From IMG/VR virus record IMGVR_UViG_3300014153_000001, positions 1 through 55,532 of that record: a stretch of 55,532 bases of DNA; one strand, written 5' to 3'. Shown here piece after piece: positions 26,783-36,785 of this stretch. Source of the DNA: a virus. Taxonomy: Duplodnaviria; Caudoviricetes. Made by a program: the position numbers and the translations under genes. The notes beneath the pieces are model-generated. The model worked only from the letters and a program-made list of their open reading frames with translations. It did no database searches and was not told the DNA's origin. Positions within the stretch are counted from its first letter, which is position 1, and every line of letters begins with the position of its first letter.

Positions 26783-27064
26783 GCCGAACCCGTAACGAAG
26801 TGCGGCACCTGCGGGATTGCTGACGACGAGCCCAAGCACCAGATACTCGTCGGTTTCAACAATCCCAACACCGGGGGTGCCATGTTCCATGGGCACGACT
26901 TCGAGCGCGAGGGGATGATCTTCTACCACTTCGGCTGCGCGAGCGAGTGGCACAGCAAGGTCGCCCCTGAGGCACAGGCAGCGCACGCGCGCATCTGCAC
27001 CCTGGCCGCTTCTGGTGTCCACGGCGACGAACTGCGCTCACGCATCCAGGCAGGTGATTTCTGA
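26780..27064 (+). CDS. small metal-binding hypothetical protein
   Basis: CGTCG..DDEPKH...YHFGC...G.HG.ELR. Confidence 0.7.
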   Translation: MAEPVTKCGTCGIADDEPKHQILVGFNNPNTGGAMFHGHDFEREGMIFYHFGCASEWHSKVAPEAQAAHARICTLAASGVHGDELRSRIQAGDF

Positions 27065-27471
27065 TGGCCGGTGGCGTTGACCAGACGATGGCGAACAAGG
27101 TCCTGACCCTGCTGAACACGGGGGCCAACGGACCGAGCATCACGACTCCGATCCACATGCGTTTCATGACAGCTAACGGCTCGGACGCGTCCGCCGGTAC
27201 CGAGCTGACCACGGGAAGCGGCTACACACAAGGCACTGGTGCCCCTTCCGTCTCATCCTTCGCTGCTGCTTCGGCAGGATCGCAGGCTTCGTCAGCTGCG
27301 GTGTCGGTGACGAACATGCCTTCTTGCACGCTCACGGGGATGGAGCAGTGGGATAGCTCTGGCACCCCACAACGCACGTTCTGGGCACCTTGGCTGGCCG
27401 GGAGCATCGTTGTGGGGAGTGGCAACACCTTCACGGTGGCGAGCGGCAGTTTGACCGACTCACTGGCCTGA
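27064..27471 (+). CDS. virion structural protein
   Basis: GTEL..GSGY...FAAAS.G...WD...V.SG.TF...GSL pattern of small actinophage virion proteins. Confidence 0.65.
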   Translation: MAGGVDQTMANKVLTLLNTGANGPSITTPIHMRFMTANGSDASAGTELTTGSGYTQGTGAPSVSSFAAASAGSQASSAAVSVTNMPSCTLTGMEQWDSSGTPQRTFWAPWLAGSIVVGSGNTFTVASGSLTDSLA

Positions 27472-27490
27472 TCGGAACGGGGAGAGCCCG

Positions 27491-28543
27491 ATGGCTTCCT
27501 GGCTCCTCGCTGACGCCACCTATGGGCATCTGACAGCTAACGCGCTGTCCGGCAATGAGTCGTTGGTCGTCGCGACCGACCAAGGCACTTTCCCCACCCC
27601 CGCCGCGGGACAGCAGTTTCCGATTGTCATCAACCCGAATCTGACAGGGCTTGCCGACAACGCCACTACTGAGCGCTGCATCGTTACTGCGAACTCAAGC
27701 GGGACGTTCACGGTCGGACCATTGACGTACAACCACTCTTCGGGCGAGCAAGTTGTCGTCGTCATTGACTCGGCTTTCCTCATGGGCATCCAGATCCCCG
27801 CGCCTGTGTTCATCACGACGACTGGCACATGGACGGTTCCCGTTACTGGCTGGTGGCGGTTGTTCTGTCAGGCACCGGGCGGCGGAGGTGGTGGTGGTTC
27901 TTATACGGAGTGTGGTGGTGGTGGTGGTGGTCAGGGCGCTTATACAGAGTGGCTTGTGCATCTCACGGCGGGGACCGTGCTCACAGCTACTATCGGTGCC
28001 CCTGGCATCGGAGGTACTGGTGGTACTTCTGGAAGTCCGACCGCGAGTGGTGGCACGAGTGGCGGCACATCAGTGTGGAGCGGCACGGGTGTAGCGCTCA
28101 CTGCATACGGCGGCGGCGGCGCTGAGTATAACGATGCAAGCGGTTCTCTCATTCTGGGCGGCGTATATGGGTGCAGCGATAACTGCGTGGCGGGGATGCA
28201 AGGCGACGCACCCGGAACTGCTGGTTGCGGCGGTCCTGCTGACAGCGGCGGTGGGTGGACTGGTGGAGGTCCTATAGGACCGTTCGCGTTGGGCGGCGGG
28301 TACGGAGGCAACGGTGAGAGTGGTTCTAAAGGAGGCGCTGCTGGCACGGGTGCGGGTTCGATGGTTTCTGGCGTTCGCATAACAAATGTGACAGCTACCG
28401 TCAACGGGGCCAACGGCGGGACACCCACTACTTACGGGACAGGCGGTGATGGTGGTGGTGCGGCGGCTGTTGGGGGCACCGGAGGGAATGGCGGCAACGG
28501 TGGACCTGGCCTCTGTGGTGCTATCTGTGTAGCGATCGGCTAA
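27491..28543 (+). CDS. glycine-rich fibre protein
   Basis: TTGTWTVP...GGGGGGG...GGGGGQGAY; lower GC3. Confidence 0.7.
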   Translation: MASWLLADATYGHLTANALSGNESLVVATDQGTFPTPAAGQQFPIVINPNLTGLADNATTERCIVTANSSGTFTVGPLTYNHSSGEQVVVVIDSAFLMGIQIPAPVFITTTGTWTVPVTGWWRLFCQAPGGGGGGGSYTECGGGGGGQGAYTEWLVHLTAGTVLTATIGAPGIGGTGGTSGSPTASGGTSGGTSVWSGTGVALTAYGGGGAEYNDASGSLILGGVYGCSDNCVAGMQGDAPGTAGCGGPADSGGGWTGGGPIGPFALGGGYGGNGESGSKGGAAGTGAGSMVSGVRITNVTATVNGANGGTPTTYGTGGDGGGAAAVGGTGGNGGNGGPGLCGAICVAIG

Positions 28544-28584
28544 GGGACGGGCGTGATGTTGCGCCTTCCTGAGAGTGTGCTGAG

Positions 28585-31227
28585 ATGAGCGTCGCTATCG
28601 TCTCCGGTCAGATTTCGACCACCAATCTTCTTACAAGTCCACAGTCTACCGCCCTGACCGTTGCGCTGACTGGTGTGACAGCGGGCAACACACTGGTGAT
28701 GGCCGTCGTCTGTGACACTGGCACGACCACCATCAAGTCCGTCACAGACAGCGGTACGACGAATGGTTGGACTTTCATCTGTGGTCAAACGGCTGGCGTA
28801 CGCGATGTTGAGTGGTGGTACGCCTCTGGCGCGGCTGCTGGTACTCACACCGTCTCGGTCACTCCTAACGCCTCGTGCGAGTTTGGCATGACGTTGTTCG
28901 AGTTGTCCGGGGCTGGGATTCCCACCAATGTCGGTTCGGGTGGTGGCGAGGTTGACACCGCCACTTCTGGGAACGTGGGCTACCTTGCCATGACAGTGGG
29001 GTCCGCAGGCTCCTGGGTGGCGGTTGCTTCCGTCTCGTATCTTCAGACCAACTCTACCGGCCTCGGCACGTTTTATGCGGGACCGACATCGGGTGGCTTA
29101 CAGCTTGCAGGTATTACCTACGGTCCTGCCTCCTCGGACACCTCTGCCGCGACCGGCTGGACGGCAACTAGCGGCGTCTGGGCCACGGCGGGGATTGTCG
29201 TACCGCCAGCCGCTACTGTAGTGACGGGTGCAGCGACCGCTGCCGCTGTCACCAGTGTTTTGGTTAGCTCTGTTGGGACTGTCTTGGGTGTGGCTGCGCC
29301 TGCGACGGTCGCGAATGTTTCGGTCGGTGGCACTCTCACTAACCTGGGCGTGGCAAATCCCCAAGCCGTTGCGTCGGTCGGGGCACTCCCAGGTGCTTTT
29401 TCCAACGTGCAGAGTGTCTCTACAGCCATCGGCTCCGGTTCTGGCACGCAGAGCATTACAGTTTCTAAACCGGCGTTCATGCAGTTGCTTATCGCTGTGT
29501 GTCTCGTCGTTCAGTCATCGGCAAGCGATCCGTCGATTGTTGCACCGACCGATAACGGCTCAGGTGGTTGGACAGCTCTTGGGGCAGAACAGCGGTTGGG
29601 CTCGACGAATCAATGGGCGCGAGCCTTCTACAAGGTTGCTACTTCAACTGATCACACCAGCCTCACGAGCATTACGTTCACATGGTCGAACGGCACCGCG
29701 ACCACCGGCGGTGTCGTTCTCTTCGAGGAGTTCGACGGCTTCACAGGTATGCCGACCGTGGAACTCGGGCCAGTAGCTACGAGTGGTAACTCTACAAACA
29801 ACCCCGAGATCATCTTCAATGAGGCCAACACCGTGGAGCCGCTGCTCGTTTGGAGCGTAGTGGCAACGTCCGGCCCGAACGGCGGGATAACCGGCTCCAA
29901 CTTCTTCCAGATTTACAACGGGTCAACGTTCTCCAACTACCGCCTTCTGTATACACAAGGGTCCGCCTCCACCTGTGAAAGCAGTTGGACCATTTGCAGC
30001 GGTCTCGGTCAGACCTATTACGGGATCGAACCAGCTGTCAACTTCGAGTGGACGACCCCTCAGTCGTGGGCAGGTTTCTCCATCGCCTTCTATGACCCTG
30101 GTGGCTGGTCGGGCGCTGCCACGGCTTCTGCAACAGTTGGTGTCTCGGTTGGTGGAGTAGCAACCGAACTTGGTACTATTACAGCTACAGCCACCACTGC
30201 GGTCAGTTGCGCTGGTGGCGCTGGTCCTCCTGGCACAGTCACAGCAGTGGTTGTCGCAAGTGCAAGTGTCGGGGGAGTCGTAACGCAGTTCGCTCCAATA
30301 ACAGGTGGAGGGATTGTGTTCACGGCCATTCCTGGCTTGGCGATTCCTGGCCTGGCTGTCCCTGGAGATACCGGAGGCCAAGCAGGCTCAGCCGTCACAG
30401 CGGCAGCAGCGGCGAGCGTCTCAGTTGGCGGCACAATCTTGGCCATCACGGGGGCCGCGACTCCACAGGCTGTCACTTCGGTGAGTGCTTCTGGCATCGT
30501 TACCCAACTTGGCTCGGTCACTGTAGCTGTTCAGGCATCGGTCACTGCAAATAGCGTTGTGACCCAACTCGACTCGGTCATCGCGGCATCCACGGCTTCG
30601 ATGACGACATCAGGGGTTGTCACAGCACTCGGCACGGCGACAGCAGCGGTTATCGGCAGTGCAAGTGTTTCTGGCATCGCAACTGGGGCAGTTTCAGCTG
30701 AAGCTGACTCAACGATTTCAGTGACGACTGCCAGCGTGACGACGGTTCTTGAGGCGACCACTCCGGCAGCCCAGACGTCCGTCTCGACGTCTGCCGTGCT
30801 CACTCAGTTCGGAGCGGCGAACTCTGATGCCACGGCAAACGTCTCCACCTTGAGCATCGTCACCACGTTGGGCACCGCGACAGCGGCGTCGACGGTCTCG
30901 GTCAGCACGACCGGGCTCGTCGAGACGCTCGCTGTAGCTACGGCATCGAGCACGGCTTCGGCGACGACGTCTGGTGTGACGACCTCGAGCGCGGCCAGTC
31001 CCATGGCAATCGCCAGCGTGGCGGTATCTGGTCTTCTCAGGACGCTGGGGGTAGCGACAGCGACCGCTGTCGTTTCGATATTTGCCCTCGGTGGCGTGCC
31101 AGTGTTCCCGATCGAGGACACGATCGTGACGTCTGTCTCGCTTTCGCTGAACTCGCCAGGTGTCACGCTTGCACCGATGACGGCGTGCGTGGAACTCAGT
31201 CAGAACGAGGTGGGAGCCAACGTATGA
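28585..31227 (+). CDS. long Thr/Ala/Val-rich fibre/adhesin-like virion protein
   Basis: Two beta-sandwich-like domains plus ~22-aa degenerate repeats. Confidence 0.65.
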   Translation: MSVAIVSGQISTTNLLTSPQSTALTVALTGVTAGNTLVMAVVCDTGTTTIKSVTDSGTTNGWTFICGQTAGVRDVEWWYASGAAAGTHTVSVTPNASCEFGMTLFELSGAGIPTNVGSGGGEVDTATSGNVGYLAMTVGSAGSWVAVASVSYLQTNSTGLGTFYAGPTSGGLQLAGITYGPASSDTSAATGWTATSGVWATAGIVVPPAATVVTGAATAAAVTSVLVSSVGTVLGVAAPATVANVSVGGTLTNLGVANPQAVASVGALPGAFSNVQSVSTAIGSGSGTQSITVSKPAFMQLLIAVCLVVQSSASDPSIVAPTDNGSGGWTALGAEQRLGSTNQWARAFYKVATSTDHTSLTSITFTWSNGTATTGGVVLFEEFDGFTGMPTVELGPVATSGNSTNNPEIIFNEANTVEPLLVWSVVATSGPNGGITGSNFFQIYNGSTFSNYRLLYTQGSASTCESSWTICSGLGQTYYGIEPAVNFEWTTPQSWAGFSIAFYDPGGWSGAATASATVGVSVGGVATELGTITATATTAVSCAGGAGPPGTVTAVVVASASVGGVVTQFAPITGGGIVFTAIPGLAIPGLAVPGDTGGQAGSAVTAAAAASVSVGGTILAITGAATPQAVTSVSASGIVTQLGSVTVAVQASVTANSVVTQLDSVIAASTASMTTSGVVTALGTATAAVIGSASVSGIATGAVSAEADSTISVTTASVTTVLEATTPAAQTSVSTSAVLTQFGAANSDATANVSTLSIVTTLGTATAASTVSVSTTGLVETLAVATASSTASATTSGVTTSSAASPMAIASVAVSGLLRTLGVATATAVVSIFALGGVPVFPIEDTIVTSVSLSLNSPGVTLAPMTACVELSQNEVGANV

Positions 31228-31562
31228 ACCCAAAGATCACGTTTGTCAACGGTGCCACCGGACCCCCACTCACCGTCACTTTCCTGCGCTCGGGGGCTCC
31301 AGTCGACCTGACGAACGCGACCGTGACGGCGATCGTCTATCGCGGTGGAGGGTCGCTCCCTGCTCTCACGAAGACGCTAGTCGTCCTCTCCCCGCCGACC
31401 AACGGTCAGGCGCAGCTCTCGTGGGGGTCTGGGGATCTGGTCGCCGAAGGGGGGCCGATCGAGTACCACATCGACTTCGAGCTTACTCTGCAAGACACGG
31501 GCGGTGCCGTGGAGATCCAGCCACGCTCGCTGGTGGTCGAGGTGCGCCCCTCGCTCGTCTAG
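31224..31562 (+). CDS. BppU-like Ig-fold virion protein
   Basis: PVDLTNATV...GQAQLSW...D...Y..DFEL. Confidence 0.65.
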   Translation: MNPKITFVNGATGPPLTVTFLRSGAPVDLTNATVTAIVYRGGGSLPALTKTLVVLSPPTNGQAQLSWGSGDLVAEGGPIEYHIDFELTLQDTGGAVEIQPRSLVVEVRPSLV

Positions 31563-31567
31563 GTGGC

Positions 31568-31596
31568 TCTAGCCAGCGGGGACGCTGGCGGCCATG
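31568..31596 (+). promoter_or_regulatory. late motif copy 4
   Basis: TCTAGC-N7-GACGCT-N7-ATG. Confidence 0.75.
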
Positions 31597-32931
31597 GCCG
31601 AAGCGCTCAAGCGCCGCCTTCGCATGCAGGTGCGCGCGACGCCCGACAAGGGCCCAGGCACCGGGACAGCGGTCATCTCGACCTACGACCTGGAGTACCC
31701 GATCGGGTGGGGGTGGACTGAAAAAATCCTCTCGGGCTGCTTCGCCGACTCGATCGCCGCCCACCCGACGGTTCCCGTGTTCCACCAGCACGATTGGGAC
31801 GCTGGCCCCATCGGTGTCGGCAACCCGACCGAAGACGACGACAAGCTGACCATCGACTTCCGGCTCTATCTCAAGATGGGCGACCTGGTCGACCGCGTCT
31901 ACCAGGCCATGCTTGACGAGGCGCTCGAGGAATGGTCGATCGGCTTCTGGGCAAGCACGATCATCTCGGACGAGGAGAACGACTGCTGCGACCAGATCGC
32001 CAAGGGTGACTTGGCCGAGGCTTCGATCTGCGTGCGCGGTGCCAACCCCGAGACGGGAACGCTCGAGCTAGCGAGCGTCAAGGGCTGGGTCGTGGGCGAC
32101 GAGCCGGCCCGCGAGCGCGAACTCATCCGCGTTCGCTCGCTCATCGGCGCCAACGTGCCCGATCTCGACGTTCTGCGGGAGCGTAAGGCCACCCCGAACC
32201 ACTCGACCGCCATCGACACCGGGAGCTGGGACGGCCCAGGCAACGAGAAGAAGCTCGAGACACCGCTCACCATCAGCATCGGGAACCGCGAGTACGCGTG
32301 GCGCGATCCCGACAAGGACGAGACGACGAAGGGGGCGTGGAGCTTCCCGCATCACATCGTCGGCGACGGCGGTACGCCGGGTGCCGCCAACGTGAAGGCC
32401 TGCCAGTCGATCATCGGGATCTTGAACGGCGCCAGAGGGGGATCGAACATTCCCGATGCCGACCGCCAGGGCGTGTGGTCTCACGCCGCGAAGCACCTGC
32501 GTGATGCCGGTGAAGAGCCGGCCGAACTCAAGTCCGAGGACGCGCTCGACCTCTTGGATCGTGTTCTCGGATTGCTCACCGTTGGCGATTTGGCTGGCGC
32601 TCACTCGGTCCTCGAAGAGGCGCTGCAACGCGACGCGAACGACCCGAACGACCCGCTGGCGGGCGCCGAAGTCGGCACTCACACCCACGCGCACACTCAC
32701 GACGACGGCGAGACCCACTCGCACGAGCACACGCACAATCCCTCGGTGGCCGATCACGACGCGACCGACGGGGACGTCGCTCACAGCCACGACCACCCCG
32801 AGGGCCCCGAGTCCGGTGTGGCTGGCGATCCAGCCGACGAGGAGTCCTCGAAGGAACGGGTAGCGCGTGCCGTATCGACGCCTTGGGGCCGGCGTTTGCT
32901 CGCCCTGACCAGGAAGGACCCCGAGGTATGA
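31594..32931 (+). CDS. HK97-type prohead protease with extra domain and His-rich tail
   Basis: VFHQHD...PIG, WSIGF, EASIC..GANPET; FPHH...LNGARGG; HTHAHTH...HSHEHTH. Confidence 0.88.
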   Translation: MAEALKRRLRMQVRATPDKGPGTGTAVISTYDLEYPIGWGWTEKILSGCFADSIAAHPTVPVFHQHDWDAGPIGVGNPTEDDDKLTIDFRLYLKMGDLVDRVYQAMLDEALEEWSIGFWASTIISDEENDCCDQIAKGDLAEASICVRGANPETGTLELASVKGWVVGDEPARERELIRVRSLIGANVPDLDVLRERKATPNHSTAIDTGSWDGPGNEKKLETPLTISIGNREYAWRDPDKDETTKGAWSFPHHIVGDGGTPGAANVKACQSIIGILNGARGGSNIPDADRQGVWSHAAKHLRDAGEEPAELKSEDALDLLDRVLGLLTVGDLAGAHSVLEEALQRDANDPNDPLAGAEVGTHTHAHTHDDGETHSHEHTHNPSVADHDATDGDVAHSHDHPEGPESGVAGDPADEESSKERVARAVSTPWGRRLLALTRKDPEV

Positions 32932-33890
32932 GGGTGGACGCTGGTCGGCGCCTTATCGAGTCGCCGCAGTATCGCCAGGCTCGCGAAAGCGGGGCATTCA
33001 AGTCTCGACACCCCGGGGCGCGTGACGGCGTGAAGGGGATCGAGGTGCTGTCGAACGCCGAGCTCGTCGACATGTTGCGCGCCCGCCAGGCGGTCGGGCT
33101 GCTCGGGTTCGACATCGAGGGTGTCCCGTTCCCGAGCGAACTTCCGGTCGCTACCAATCTGCCGGCGGTCGTGGAGACGATCCCCACAGAGCATTTGCAG
33201 GTTGAGCTCGCCCCTGAGCTCTCCGAGGACATGCTGGCCACGGCGGTCCCTTATGGGACGCCGCTTCGTGAAGGCAGCGCTACCTGGGGCCCGACGCCGG
33301 CATTGCAGCCGCTGTATCGCTTCGGCAACGCCCAGCCCGTGAGCCTCGGCGTGCTCGACGATCCCGGCGCCGTGGCGTCGCTGCTCAACCGGCGTCTGCG
33401 TGGCGGTGTGAACCTCGGACTGGAGAACGATCTCATCAACGGCAACGGCTACTGGCCGGGGATGCTTGCTAATGCCGGGGACACGAACGCGAAAGGTGTC
33501 AGCTATCGAGCCTTCGCTATCCGCCAGGGCATCGCCAACGTGCAGAGTCTGGGCTGGTACGTGCGCCCTCTTCAGGTGATGTTGCACCCCACCACGGCCT
33601 GCGCTCTGTTCGAGGAGGAAGACGGTTCCCAGCGTCCGCTCAACATCCTCGAGATGTTCAAGTTGACGGTGGACACGTGGATCACCTCGAAGTTCATGCC
33701 GGTGGGGCAAGCCCTCGTCGGGGACTTCTTCGAGGCGGTCGGCCTCTTCGTCCACGGCGGACTCGAGGTGGATCTGAGTCGGAATCACATGGACTTCCTG
33801 AGCCGTGGGCTCGTCGAAATGAAGATCGAATTCCGCACCTACGCGTGGGTCCGCAACACGAGCGCCCTCGATCTCGTCACGGGCCTCTGA
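32928..33890 (+). CDS. HK97-fold capsid paralogue without delta domain
   Basis: LDD...VASLLN.RL...LE..LINGNG...GML, MLHP, GQALVGDF, DF..RGLV....E.R. Confidence 0.75.
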   Translation: MRVDAGRRLIESPQYRQARESGAFKSRHPGARDGVKGIEVLSNAELVDMLRARQAVGLLGFDIEGVPFPSELPVATNLPAVVETIPTEHLQVELAPELSEDMLATAVPYGTPLREGSATWGPTPALQPLYRFGNAQPVSLGVLDDPGAVASLLNRRLRGGVNLGLENDLINGNGYWPGMLANAGDTNAKGVSYRAFAIRQGIANVQSLGWYVRPLQVMLHPTTACALFEEEDGSQRPLNILEMFKLTVDTWITSKFMPVGQALVGDFFEAVGLFVHGGLEVDLSRNHMDFLSRGLVEMKIEFRTYAWVRNTSALDLVTGL

Positions 33891-33918
33891 TCTAGCCGCC
33901 CTCCACCATCGAGCCATG
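33891..33918 (+). promoter_or_regulatory. late motif copy 5
   Basis: TCTAGC-N7-CACCAT-N6-ATG. Confidence 0.75.
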
Positions 33919-35433
33919 AGTTCCCGACCGGAATCAGGAGGCCCAATGAGCCCCGAACGGCACAACTTCCACGACCCGTCCATCGCCAAGATGGCGAGGA
34001 TCGCCCGGGCGACGAACGCCCAGATGCGGATGGAGGCACCCCCGGCTCCTGGCGGCACCCTTCTCGAGCGTCAGATAGCGGAGCTGCGCCCGAAGATCGA
34101 CGAAGCCGAGGCTCGGGCGCGCGCAGCGCAAGAAGCCATCGACGCGCTCAACCACGAAGCCGAAGAGCGTGCCAAGGGTGGCGACGATGCTCTGGCGCTA
34201 CTCGACGAGTTCGACCCGAAGTACCGGGAGTACGACGAGGCCAAGGTCGAGGCGATGAACGAGGGGGCCAAGCTGCGCAACCAGCTCGAGGGTTGCCTCA
34301 AGCGCGCTGCCGGCAACCAGCCCCGCCCCACTGGCGACGACCCGGCCGGTCCGTCCCGGCCGCTCAACCGCTCCGAGCGTCGGCGCTTCGAGAACATCGC
34401 CCGGCGCTACGTCGAGTCGGCGGCATACCGCCAGCTCAAAGAGTCGGGCATGATCGAGAGCTCCGGCAAGATCCAGCACGAGCCGGTCATCGTGTTGGAG
34501 CGGGGGAATCGTCCCGAGGACGGGATCGGCTTCAGTGAGCTCGAAGATGCGCTACGCCAGCGCACCACGGTCAACGTCGGCGATGCCGGCGCCGTGGTCC
34601 CGATCGACCAGCAGGTATGGCCGCCTGTCGAGATCCCGGTTCGCCAGGTGCGCCTGCTCGACCTGATCTCGATCGTGACGACCGATTCCGACATGGTCAA
34701 CTTCGTCCAGCAGACAGTCCGTTCGGACTTCGCGGCCGAGACCCCGTACGGGACCGTCGCTCCCGAGGCCGACTACGAGTTCGCCTTGCGACAGGCCTCC
34801 GTGAAGCGCATCCCGACCTTCATCCCCGCCACGAAGGACGTCCTCGCCGACCAGGGCCAGCTGCAGGGTCTTCTGCAGGATCAGCTCATGGTCGGTGTGC
34901 GCCTGCGCCTCGAGCAGCAGTTCCTGTCGGGTGCCGGCATCAGCTTCGCCGACAACATCTTCCAGGGAATGCTCAACGCGGCAGGCATCGGCACGGTGAC
35001 CTACCAGTCGAGCGGGCACTCCACCGAGTACCAGCTCGACGCGTACCACCGGGCGATCACCACCATCCGCCTGACGCTGTTCGCGGACCCGACCGCTTGT
35101 GTCGTGCACCCTGCCGACTACGAGTGGGCAGTGCTCAAGAAGGACAACTACGGGCGCTACATCTTCACGCCGAACACCGAGGCCGACGTGCAGTCCCTGT
35201 GGGGGCTGGAGACCGTCGTGTCGCCGGTGATCTCGCAGGGGACCGCTCTCGTGGGCGACTTCAAGCAAGCATTTCGCATGTGGTTGCGCACCGGATTGAG
35301 CGTGACAGCGAGCACAGAACATTTGGACTTCTTTACGCGCGGGCTTGTGGCCATCCTTGCCGAGATGAGAGCCGCAGCTGCCACGCTCCAACCGCGCGCG
35401 CTGTGCCAAGTGCTATCCCTAACGGGTCCGTAA
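33916..35433 (+). CDS. HK97-family major capsid protein
   Basis: N-terminal coiled-coil delta domain; LAD...LQ...QL, VHPADY...KDNYGRY, LWGL..V, ALVGDF, VAILAE.R. Confidence 0.93.
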   Translation: MSSRPESGGPMSPERHNFHDPSIAKMARIARATNAQMRMEAPPAPGGTLLERQIAELRPKIDEAEARARAAQEAIDALNHEAEERAKGGDDALALLDEFDPKYREYDEAKVEAMNEGAKLRNQLEGCLKRAAGNQPRPTGDDPAGPSRPLNRSERRRFENIARRYVESAAYRQLKESGMIESSGKIQHEPVIVLERGNRPEDGIGFSELEDALRQRTTVNVGDAGAVVPIDQQVWPPVEIPVRQVRLLDLISIVTTDSDMVNFVQQTVRSDFAAETPYGTVAPEADYEFALRQASVKRIPTFIPATKDVLADQGQLQGLLQDQLMVGVRLRLEQQFLSGAGISFADNIFQGMLNAAGIGTVTYQSSGHSTEYQLDAYHRAITTIRLTLFADPTACVVHPADYEWAVLKKDNYGRYIFTPNTEADVQSLWGLETVVSPVISQGTALVGDFKQAFRMWLRTGLSVTASTEHLDFFTRGLVAILAEMRAAAATLQPRALCQVLSLTGP

Positions 35434-35438
35434 GTCTC

Positions 35439-35456
35439 TGCTAGTGTTGGGGCATG
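35439..35456 (+). promoter_or_regulatory. extended -10 leaderless promoter
   Basis: TG-C-TAGTGT-N6-ATG. Confidence 0.55.
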
Positions 35457-36308
35457 ACCCCAACATGCTCAGACTGCGGCACCCCATTGGTGCGCAAGCC
35501 CGGACACAAGGCACCGAGGCGATGCTCCGACTGCCAACGCGAGTCCCTCAATGCACGCAGGCGGCTCCCGCCACCCGTTCCTGTCCAGTGCCAGGACTGC
35601 GGTAGCCCAGTCCCTCGGAGGAGCAACTACGGTGCGGCGCCGAAGCGGTGCGACGCGTGTCAATCCAGACGGGAATCCAGCCGGACCAGCAGACATCGCC
35701 CTCGCCCCATGGAGCCGCGTCTCTGTGTGGACTGCCAGGCTGTTATCCCTCGTAGGAGGGGCCTCGGATCCGGCCGGCTACCCAAGCGGTGCGACAGTTG
35801 TCGAAGCAAGCCGGGGCAGTCGACCACCTTCACGATCTGCGTCGATTGTGGAACGACGGTCGATCGGCCGCCTTTCGGGCGCGGACGTCTGCGCTGCGAG
35901 GAGTGCAATCTCAGACACAGACGACAGAGGGTTGCGGAGCGAAGAAGAGTGTGGATCGAAATGGGTGAAGACGCGAAGGCGGCGTACTACGAGCGTCAAC
36001 GCTGGTACCGGATGCGCGCCAAGTTCGGTCTCGAGCGTGAGGACTACGAACGCATGTTGGCCGAGCAGGGTGGCATCTGTCCTTGCGGCGCCTCTCCCGA
36101 GAACGAGCGCTACAGCACGCTCTCGGTCGATCACGACCGCAGATGCTGCCCTGAGAACAAGTCGTGCGGTCGGTGCCTGCGTGGTCTGCTCTGCAACGAC
36201 TGCAACGTGTCACTCGGTCGGCTGAAGGACGATCCCAACAGGCTGGACATCCTGGCGGCCTATCTGAGGCGCTACGAATCTCTCAAGAGGGAGAAGCAGC
36301 CAGCCTGA
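35454..36308 (+). CDS. Endonuclease VII-family HNH nuclease with four N-terminal Zn-ribbon repeats
   Basis: FGL...Y..ML..QGG.C...L.VDHD..CC...SCG.C.RGLLC..CN..LG...D; CxDC...RCxxC x4. Confidence 0.88.
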   Translation: MTPTCSDCGTPLVRKPGHKAPRRCSDCQRESLNARRRLPPPVPVQCQDCGSPVPRRSNYGAAPKRCDACQSRRESSRTSRHRPRPMEPRLCVDCQAVIPRRRGLGSGRLPKRCDSCRSKPGQSTTFTICVDCGTTVDRPPFGRGRLRCEECNLRHRRQRVAERRRVWIEMGEDAKAAYYERQRWYRMRAKFGLEREDYERMLAEQGGICPCGASPENERYSTLSVDHDRRCCPENKSCGRCLRGLLCNDCNVSLGRLKDDPNRLDILAAYLRRYESLKREKQPA

Positions 36309-36331
36309 TCCCGGTGGGCGTACTGCGCCGA

Positions 36332-36359
36332 TCTAGCGCCCCACGACGATGACCCCATG
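36332..36359 (+). promoter_or_regulatory. late motif copy 6
   Basis: TCTAGC-N7-GACGAT-N6-ATG. Confidence 0.75.
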
Positions 36360-36782
36360 CCCGAGATAACACAGGAGTGGATCGACCGCCTGCGCACCAA
36401 AGCCGAGAACACCTGGGTCGCCGAGACCACGACCGGCGTCATCATCATCGCCCACCCCGGTCAGCAGCCGCCCGAGGGTGAGAAGGAGCGACGGCAGCTG
36501 TTTGGGTTGAGTCCCGAAGACGCCGTAATCCGTCTCATCGACTCCAAGGCGTGCCCGCCCTTCGAGCTGCTCCAGAAGAAGATGGAGCTGCAGAGGCGCC
36601 CCATCGACGAGCAGATCGCGTACCACCGCCAGGAGATCGCCCGTCTTCTCGCCGAGAAGGGAGCGGTCCCTCCTCCCGAGCTCGCCTCGAGCGCGCTCGA
36701 CTCCGAATCGGTCGCAACCGATACCGGAACTCCGGGAAAGAGCATTCCGGCGAAGCCGCAGGCTGCCGGCACGAAGGGCTAG
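36357..36782 (+). CDS. hypothetical head-region protein
   Basis: Follows the motif; phage-like codon usage. Confidence 0.65.
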   Translation: MPEITQEWIDRLRTKAENTWVAETTTGVIIIAHPGQQPPEGEKERRQLFGLSPEDAVIRLIDSKACPPFELLQKKMELQRRPIDEQIAYHRQEIARLLAEKGAVPPPELASSALDSESVATDTGTPGKSIPAKPQAAGTKG

Positions 36783-36785
36783 CCG

